This document shows positions 9,463-16,458 of a stretch of 21,422 nt of DNA, piece after piece (the stretch's first letter is position 1; every line of letters begins with the position of its first letter). The notes below the pieces were generated by a model. The model saw nothing but the letters and a program-made list of their open reading frames with translations, did no database searches and was not told the DNA's origin. A program made the position numbers and the translations under genes. The DNA is taken from the NCBI GenBank assembly GCA_048938445.1, contig JBHLME010000078.1:1-21422 (forward strand), in the 5' to 3' direction. This DNA is from Promethearchaeota archaeon (GTDB lineage Archaea > Asgardarchaeota > Lokiarchaeia > Sigyniarchaeales > SOKP01).

Positions 9463-9936
9463 TTAAAAATATAAAATTTCAATATCTCCTTTTGCATTTT
9501 TAGTTATATATGCTTCTTTCGCTTCAAATTTCTGAGGAAGGTTTAAATATTGATCGACAATACACCATTTTAATTTACAATATTTCCCTAGACTTACACC
9601 ATTAAAGAGAATTGTATTCGATAATTCACAAAAATCACCTAATTTACATTCTTTACCCAACAATACGTTGGGTCCGAGCAAAACAGTATCTCCTATCTCT
9701 ATTCCAGGAGTTAGAAATACTGGCTCTATGAATGTTGGAAAATCTCCTTTATAACCTTCAATAGTTAATCCTCTTAAAGAATTGCCAATAAATTTTAGTA
9801 TTTCCTTTATTGAGGTTAAGTTAACTTTTTCCTCATCATTATTTTTTATAAAATTCCTTATTAGATCCACTAACATCAAAGAATTACCATTAATGATGGC
9901 TTTTTTAAGTGTATTTTGAATATTTGAACTAAGCAT
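9463..9936 (-). CDS. Stand-alone left-handed beta-helix (hexapeptide repeat) protein, similar to the C-terminus of NDP-sugar pyrophosphorylases
   Basis: Hexapeptide pattern in FIEPVFLTPGIEIGDTVLLGPNVLLGKECKLGDFCELSNTILFNGVSLG. No nucleotidyltransferase GxGTR motif. Confidence 0.72.
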   Translation of the reverse strand: MLSSNIQNTLKKAIINGNSLMLVDLIRNFIKNNDEEKVNLTSIKEILKFIGNSLRGLTIEGYKGDFPTFIEPVFLTPGIEIGDTVLLGPNVLLGKECKLGDFCELSNTILFNGVSLGKYCKLKWCIVDQYLNLPQKFEAKEAYITKNAKGDIEILYF

Positions 9937-10001
9937 GATATTGATTTTTTTTTTTTAAAATTAGTAATAATTTATTTAATGATAAATTCTATATTTTTTT
10001 T

Positions 10002-10736
10002 ATGGAAAATATTGATAAAATTGAATCTGAAATAACAGAGTTAATTGAGAAAAAATTACAAGAAAATACATGGTTATTAGGCATAAGTTTTGGAACATCT
10101 GGAGGGACTTTTATCACTAGCAAATATAGAATGAAAAAAAAAGATTTATCAGAAATAGAACTTGCTGCTGCTTCAAGTAGTCTCTTGTTTTTATCTGATA
10201 ACATGTTAAAACATGCATTAACTCAAGAAATATCTTATAATCTCATCGCTAGTAAAAATTTATTATTAATCTCATTACTAATAAATGATGTCACTATGAC
10301 TTCTCATGTAGATAGAGAATTAGCAGAATTAGAAGGTGTGGATACTATAATTAATGATCTAAAAGTATTTGGATTAAAAATTTATGCAATTGTCTCAACA
10401 TCTGATCTCATTCGTGAAGAAATTTTCGTTATGATTAAAAGAGCAATACCCAATGCACTTGTAGTAGCGATTATAAATAAAGATGGGATGCCTATAAAAA
10501 TTCAATCTAACATGCCAGAGTCAGCAATTTCCGCAAATATTTCTGCAGTATACCATTTATCAGAAATTTTAACTGGAGATTTAGAATTTTCCATAATTGC
10601 AGGTGAAATGGGATCAATTATTCTCCATGAGCTTGATGAAAACCGCATTATTTGTGTTGCGGTTCCTGTAACAGAAGAATCTAAGCTAGGTTCTTACGTA
10701 GTAAAGATAAAAGATATAGTTAAAAAAGCAACATAA
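10002..10736 (+). CDS. Tandem (double) Roadblock/LAMTOR/MglB-fold protein
   Basis: Two units of about 120 aa, each with the beta-hairpin-G-helix pattern. Unit 1: ISFGTSGGTFI...ELAAASSSLL. Unit 2: VAIINKDGMPI...AISANISAVY...SIIAGEMGSIILHEL...KLG. Confidence 0.75.
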   Translation: MENIDKIESEITELIEKKLQENTWLLGISFGTSGGTFITSKYRMKKKDLSEIELAAASSSLLFLSDNMLKHALTQEISYNLIASKNLLLISLLINDVTMTSHVDRELAELEGVDTIINDLKVFGLKIYAIVSTSDLIREEIFVMIKRAIPNALVVAIINKDGMPIKIQSNMPESAISANISAVYHLSEILTGDLEFSIIAGEMGSIILHELDENRIICVAVPVTEESKLGSYVVKIKDIVKKAT

Positions 10737-10740
10737 CATT

Positions 10741-11991
10741 TTAATTAATAATTTGTTTTATCTTATCAATTATTTTTAATGCACCAAAATATGATTCATT
10801 AAATGTCTCTGCCTCAAATAAAACGGTACATATTGGAGCACCTACTAAAATTGGAATCTCTGGATCATTCTTATCATGAACGTTCTCTATTTCGTTAATT
10901 TGTTTTATTATCTTATTTTTGAGACGTTTTGGTGAAAAAAGAATTAATTTTGTCGAAAAATATTTAAATTTTGAAGTTCTTAGTACTTGTTTAATAGTTT
11001 CCCATGAATTTAAATCGAAACTTTTCAGATGCAAATCTAATAAATTTAAATTTAAAGCAGACTCAGAAGCTCTGATTGAACCAGGTATTCTTGGATTTAT
11101 TTCCATTAAATATGGATAATGATTCCTTAAAACATAATCAAAACCATTAATTCCCATTAAATTCAACTCATTAGCCAAGTATATTGAAATTTCTGAGATT
11201 AATTTTTCATCTTTTTTAAATATATTAGCAGGAACAACATTTCCACAATACATGAATTCTTTGGGGGAATATAGAAATTTTTCACCAATTATTTGACGAT
11301 TAATTGAGATAATCTCTGTTTCATTCCCATTAGAAATTGTAGAGCAGCTCACTGGAATTCCTTGAATATATTCTTGTATCACCCAATCCTTATAATTTGA
11401 GTCTTGGATCTCAAGTTTTTTAATAATAAATTCGAGTTTCTCTTCGTTATCTATCTTAAAAATATTTAATCCCCCAGAACTATTCCTTTTTTTTAATATA
11501 ACTGGAAAAACTAGTAATGATGTGCCATTTAGAAATTTAGCAAGAGAAATAGTTATAGGAACATAATAATTATTATTTTTTAATAATTTATAGATTAGTT
11601 CAATATCGCGAGATTTTATAATTGTATCTAATTTATTATTTACATTTACAATTTGGTGTTCATTTTTTGTTATTTCATCTAAAATTAAGGATCTTTCCTT
11701 AATTCCATCATCTAAACCACTACCAATTATCAAATAATCCAAATTTGGATATTTTTTTAATAAATCGATTGTAAATTCAGCCAAATAATGACTATATATC
11801 CCTTTTGCTGAATTATAATCAGATCCTAATTCCTTTATGACAATTAAACAGTCTTTAACAATTGGATATAGATCTAAATCTCCAAAAAAATCGACGGCAT
11901 AGACATTATATCCTGCTTGATTTAAAGAATAAGCTAATGGACGAGTATTAAAACCTATAACTAAAACATTTTTTGATTTATCATCCATCAT
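10741..11991 (-). CDS. ATP-grasp superfamily ligase (COG2232-like, associated with archaeal C1-carrier biosynthesis)
   Basis: N-terminal GFNTRPLA and AVDFFGDLDL. ATP-grasp elements FPVILK, SSGG, IQEYIQG, YCGN, GINGFDY and EINPR. Confidence 0.82.
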   Translation of the reverse strand: MMDDKSKNVLVIGFNTRPLAYSLNQAGYNVYAVDFFGDLDLYPIVKDCLIVIKELGSDYNSAKGIYSHYLAEFTIDLLKKYPNLDYLIIGSGLDDGIKERSLILDEITKNEHQIVNVNNKLDTIIKSRDIELIYKLLKNNNYYVPITISLAKFLNGTSLLVFPVILKKRNSSGGLNIFKIDNEEKLEFIIKKLEIQDSNYKDWVIQEYIQGIPVSCSTISNGNETEIISINRQIIGEKFLYSPKEFMYCGNVVPANIFKKDEKLISEISIYLANELNLMGINGFDYVLRNHYPYLMEINPRIPGSIRASESALNLNLLDLHLKSFDLNSWETIKQVLRTSKFKYFSTKLILFSPKRLKNKIIKQINEIENVHDKNDPEIPILVGAPICTVLFEAETFNESYFGALKIIDKIKQIIN

Positions 11992-12072
11992 TTAAATAAT
12001 GATTGAAATATTTAAGTAATTACTGTTAGGATTCGTTTCTAAATTAAAAGTTTTAAAATAAAAGATTATAAG

Positions 12073-14283
12073 TTAGAGTATTTTTTTTAAATTTAATATG
12101 AGTGAACTTGGGTCATATCGGTCAAATTGAAACACGGTAGCTTTGGCAAATGTCTTAAAATTCTTTTTAATCATATCGGCAGAATAAGTGTGGACCCCAA
12201 GTCCTTGCGTGGCATAAGATTTTTTTGGTTCAAGAACTACGGTGTGAATTTTTTGTTTTGCGAGAGTTTTTGACCAATCCTTTAATTCCTCAACAATCAA
12301 AGTATAATCTGTTTCAATTTGTGCTACTAAATCAGGGTATTTTACAGAAATATTAGCTCCACAATCAGAGAGGACAAATATCACGGGAATTATGTTTCGA
12401 TTTTTCATTCGTTCAACTTTAATTAATTCAGTGCATTTTTTTAACGCAGAAGCCATGGGAGTATAGGACTTGCCTTCTATATCCTTTAACTTAGAAATCG
12501 CGTTTTGAAAAGAAACAGTTGGTTTTTGGAGGATTATAGCTTCTTTACCTCTAAAAATTATTAAAGCAATCTTGTCTTTTTTTCTATAACCTTCTTTTTG
12601 AAGAGAAAGGATTACATCAGTCATTTGTTTAATGACGTAATACATAGATGCGGAACTATCAAGAACGAAAAATAGCGCTAATGGAGCACGATATTCATAA
12701 ATCTTATCCATTATTTCATATTTATCAAATCGAATAGGAAATGTGATCTCTGATTCATTATATACAATATTTTTTAAATAATTTCTTATAGTTGCATCTA
12801 AAGCAATACTTTTAGGGTGATTAATAGGTGTTCTATATGAAATATACCTTCCTTTTTGAGAAGAGGCCATTTTAATTCGTCTACCTATTCCACGCCCGCC
12901 ATAATCAGAGACTTTCCTGTCTCGACGAATATTGTCTAAAATTGATACCATTTTTTTTTCCATTTTATAAATCAATGGCATAACATTCGAATCATTCCAA
13001 TGTATATCTTTAAAATCATGGTTTTCTTCAATCGGAATATTTTTTACTTTCCATCCTCCCGCGGGGGTGGCTTTTCTTTTTTTATCTAATTCTTTTTTAG
13101 GAGGTGGTAATTTTTTTTCTTTAGTTTCTTCTATATCAAGTTTCTCCGGATCAACTTGTTGTCGTTTGAATTCTTCATAAGTCTCATCTGATGATTTCAA
13201 TGGCCCTTCCGTTTCTGGATTTGGCTTGTAAATTTTTTCATTCTCATATGCTTTTTTGATTTTTCCAAATACTTCGGCAATTTTTGTCTCAATTTCTTTG
13301 GGAGATAATTCATAATGTAATGAGTGAATTCGATGCTCAAAAACTAGATCCATGGCAGCATTTAAATCCTCTTCTATTATATTTTTTCTATTATTTAAAG
13401 CAGCATGGGCTCGAGCACATCTTATAAAGGTTATGTCTGCTCTTTGCGAGAAAATCTCTAATTCATTAACAATTTTTGAAACTATTTCATATATAGTAGG
13501 AGGAATTTGGACATCCTTGAGTATTTCTCTAGCTTTAGTAATTTTTTGTCTCAAGTCATTTTGCTCTTTATCAAATTTTTTGATAAAACTCTTGGGTTCA
13601 TCATCAAAGTCGATTACTCTCTTAGTTATTTCAGCTCTTAGTTTTGGATCTTCTGGTGCTTGAATTTTGACTTCAAGTCCAAGGCGATCAGCAATTTGAG
13701 GTCTTAATTCACCTTCTTCAGGATTCATTGAGCCTACCAAAATAAACCTTGAAGGATGCATGACAGATATTCCCTCTCGTTCTATGATATTTATTCCCGA
13801 TGCTGCCGTGTCCAATAATACATCAACAATATGATCTTGAAGGAGGTTTATCTCATCAATATATAATACCCCTCGATTAGCTTTTGCTAAAAGCCCAGGA
13901 TGTAAACTCTTGATACCCTCTGAAAGTACCTTATCAATTGAAAGACTCCCGCAGACCATGTCTTCAGTAACTCCAAGTGGCAGATTTATTATTCTCATTT
14001 CTCTAATTTCTGTATTCAATTTTCCTTTCTCCTTGTTAACTCGGCAATCAGAACATAAATCTTCAGTAAAGGAATTTGGATCACATGAGAATTCACAATT
14101 TTTAACTACTTCTATTTTAGGCATTATTTCTACAAGCGAACGAACAGCTGTAGATTTACCAGTACCTTGATGCCCTGTTAGGAGAACCCCTCCAATCTGA
14201 GGATCAATGACATTCAATATTAATGCCATCTTCATTTTCTCTTGTCCTAAAATTGCCGCAAAAGGAAAATTAATTTTTTTCAT
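12073..14283 (-). CDS. chlD: Chelatase subunit D-like protein (ChlI-type AAA+ module, charged/Pro linker, vWA domain)
   Basis: FPFAAILGQEKMK, Walker A GHQGTGKS, LPLGVTED, PGLLAKANRGVLYIDEINLL (Walker B), EREGIS and GSMNPEEGELRPQ. C-terminal MIDAS VLDSSASM...TP...SD. Confidence 0.85.
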   Translation of the reverse strand: MKKINFPFAAILGQEKMKMALILNVIDPQIGGVLLTGHQGTGKSTAVRSLVEIMPKIEVVKNCEFSCDPNSFTEDLCSDCRVNKEKGKLNTEIREMRIINLPLGVTEDMVCGSLSIDKVLSEGIKSLHPGLLAKANRGVLYIDEINLLQDHIVDVLLDTAASGINIIEREGISVMHPSRFILVGSMNPEEGELRPQIADRLGLEVKIQAPEDPKLRAEITKRVIDFDDEPKSFIKKFDKEQNDLRQKITKAREILKDVQIPPTIYEIVSKIVNELEIFSQRADITFIRCARAHAALNNRKNIIEEDLNAAMDLVFEHRIHSLHYELSPKEIETKIAEVFGKIKKAYENEKIYKPNPETEGPLKSSDETYEEFKRQQVDPEKLDIEETKEKKLPPPKKELDKKRKATPAGGWKVKNIPIEENHDFKDIHWNDSNVMPLIYKMEKKMVSILDNIRRDRKVSDYGGRGIGRRIKMASSQKGRYISYRTPINHPKSIALDATIRNYLKNIVYNESEITFPIRFDKYEIMDKIYEYRAPLALFFVLDSSASMYYVIKQMTDVILSLQKEGYRKKDKIALIIFRGKEAIILQKPTVSFQNAISKLKDIEGKSYTPMASALKKCTELIKVERMKNRNIIPVIFVLSDCGANISVKYPDLVAQIETDYTLIVEELKDWSKTLAKQKIHTVVLEPKKSYATQGLGVHTYSADMIKKNFKTFAKATVFQFDRYDPSSLILNLKKIL

Positions 14284-14401
14284 TATTAAACACTGTAAAA
14301 ATTATTTAAGTAGTATTAAAGCATCAGTAAGTAAATAAAAATAATACCAAATGATTAAATAAGTTTCTTATTAGAAAATTAGAGGGATAAATAAAATTAT
14401 T

Positions 14402-15373
14402 TTAAAATTTTTTTGATAAAGCAGCGAGAGTATTATCTAATTTGCTAATGGTTTCATCCCATCGTGCAAAAATAGTATTAATTTGTGGTATTATTATTTC
14501 TCTTTCTTTATATTCTAAATAAAGCGTGAAATTTTTTAGTTTTTCCACTTTATCATTTGTATTTTTTACATTATTTCTTATTTCAGTCTTTTGTTTTTCC
14601 AAGACTTCTGGGACTCGGCTGGATTCTCCTTTTCTAATCAAAGTCTGTAAATATTCATCTGTGCCTAGCAATGATGCTTGTAATTGCTGGATGGCATTTT
14701 CAATTTCCCTTTCATAAGTTTCAACAATGTTTTCAGAAGGTAAATGTTTTGTTATATCAATAACTAGTTTTTGAGCTTGAACGATCATTTCTTCTCTACT
14801 ATTAAAACCTTCTATTACATAATCTTGAACCTCATGGTATGTACCTTTTGGACCCTTGCTAATATCATCAAAACGAAATATTTTAAAACCAGGATCACTT
14901 TTTAATTTAATATCAGGATCTCCTTTCTTATTGGGCTTCTCTATCTGCCTTACCAACCTTTCTGGGTTAAATACAAGGGCAAATCCTAATGGATTATACT
15001 CTGTTTGATAACTAAGTGTGGTCTGACGATCTCCAAATCCAGATAGCATTACTTTAAAACCCGGATGACTATGCCACCAACCCACTATAAATTCATTTTT
15101 CTCAAAATTTTCATTTTCAATCATTTCAATAGAAGCATAGTCCTCCTCTTTCCAATGAAGGCGATCTACAATATCATCAGGATTTTTCTCTTGATGCATT
15201 ATAGGAATTGCATTAGTGATAATTAATTTTGTATTTTTTTTTTTCCCCTCAAGTTTTCCTGTGAAAATACCATAAGCTTCAATCCAATCATCGAATGGAA
15301 TTTTTTGATTGGCAAACCTAGTTGCTCCAGCAATTATTGTGTAGTATGCTTCTTTTGGCATTATAATTGACAT
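14402..15373 (-). CDS. JAB1/MPN/Mov34 (JAMM) metalloprotease-domain protein with C-terminal helical/coiled-coil region
   Basis: E32 in EAYGIF and GWWHSHPGF...S111...D115, giving H-x-H-x7-S-x3-D. Also ALVFNP and GFKIFRF. Last ~120 aa are amphipathic helices. Confidence 0.85.
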   Translation of the reverse strand: MSIIMPKEAYYTIIAGATRFANQKIPFDDWIEAYGIFTGKLEGKKKNTKLIITNAIPIMHQEKNPDDIVDRLHWKEEDYASIEMIENENFEKNEFIVGWWHSHPGFKVMLSGFGDRQTTLSYQTEYNPLGFALVFNPERLVRQIEKPNKKGDPDIKLKSDPGFKIFRFDDISKGPKGTYHEVQDYVIEGFNSREEMIVQAQKLVIDITKHLPSENIVETYEREIENAIQQLQASLLGTDEYLQTLIRKGESSRVPEVLEKQKTEIRNNVKNTNDKVEKLKNFTLYLEYKEREIIIPQINTIFARWDETISKLDNTLAALSKKF

Positions 15374-15555
15374 TTGAAATCAATACCCTTAATTAATTAT
15401 TTTAAAAACTTTTATTTTACATCATAATACAAATAAGTTTATTTAAGATTATTTTTTTCACAGAATATAAATTGTTTAAATTTATAAAATCCTAATACTA
15501 TATACTATTAGAACTATTAATTCACATTTAACGTAAAAAGATACTATTAATAAAT

Positions 15556-15561
15556 GGAGGT
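15556..15561 (+). promoter_or_regulatory. Shine-Dalgarno site GGAGGT
   Basis: Consensus SD ending 9 nt upstream of ATG 15571. Confidence 0.75.
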
Positions 15562-15570
15562 TATTATAAT

Positions 15571-16227
15571 ATGGCAGAAAAAGGATTCGAACCTCTTACA
15601 TCACAACTAGGTATTGCAGGAACCTCATACAGGCTCCAACTTGGAATGATCAATGATAAATGGGCATCCAGAATCTTAAAAGGTAGAGAAGTAATTGATT
15701 CTTACGTGTATAAGGAGGAAGATGCTGCAGCAGGGGGAATTCCAAATTCAAATTTAATTGTTGGTTGGGTTTTGAGAACTGTAGCAATTCCTAACATAAA
15801 TCCACACCAAATTATGAAGACAACCCAAGCACTTGTTAAACAAGCAATCCAGAAGAAAGACGAACGAAAAATGGTTCCCAGTGTTGCTGAAAGTAAAGAA
15901 GTAGAGTTAGAAAAAGTACCAGAAAGTGAGATAAGGAGAACAGCTACCAAGGGATGGGTTAAAGAAGAAGGAATGAAAACTGCAGATGATATAGAAGATG
16001 AAAAACGTAGAGCATTTCAAGAAAGGGTTAAAGCAATTAAGGAAGAAAAAAGTGCTCCACAAGTTGCCAGTACGGTCGCAACTTCGAGAAAATTACCTTC
16101 AATACCCGCAGCAGGTACTTCTGGTGAAACAGCCTCTATTAAGGAAGGAATAAATGGTGTAGAATGCTCTTCTTGTGGTCAGAAAATTTTATATTGTCCA
16201 TTCTGTGGAAAAAAATTACCTCATTAA
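15571..16227 (+). CDS. Hypothetical protein with N-terminal globular domain, charged linker and C-terminal zinc ribbon
   Basis: C-terminal CSSC-x6-CPFCG, strong SD, and a low-complexity E/K/A/T linker. Confidence 0.85.
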   Translation: MAEKGFEPLTSQLGIAGTSYRLQLGMINDKWASRILKGREVIDSYVYKEEDAAAGGIPNSNLIVGWVLRTVAIPNINPHQIMKTTQALVKQAIQKKDERKMVPSVAESKEVELEKVPESEIRRTATKGWVKEEGMKTADDIEDEKRRAFQERVKAIKEEKSAPQVASTVATSRKLPSIPAAGTSGETASIKEGINGVECSSCGQKILYCPFCGKKLPH

Positions 16228-16458
16228 TAATTATTTATTCAAAATTCTATAAAACCTGTTTTTACCTTTAATATTTATCATAAGGAAAGTAGTATTTTAG
16301 AAACAATGAAATCTATAGACTTATTAAATAAAAAAACTATATAATTTTTAAATAATTAATAATCAAATTAAATAATTTAGAAACCTATGATATAATAAAC
16401 AATTTTTTAAATTGTATTTTACTAATACATAAATTTTATAAAAATTCAAACTTAAAAA

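Noticed and set aside
12073-14283. Evidence for (bacterio)chlorophyll synthesis
   Set aside because: ChlI/D-like proteins are widespread in non-phototrophic archaea, and no other photosynthesis gene is present.
15572-15596. tRNA-like 3' end on the minus strand (GGTTCGAATCC...CCA)
   Set aside because: Only 5 nt lie between the T-stem and CCA instead of 8. I found no matching acceptor 5' strand, D arm or anticodon arm. The segment is the first codons (AEKGFEP) of a CDS with a strong SD.
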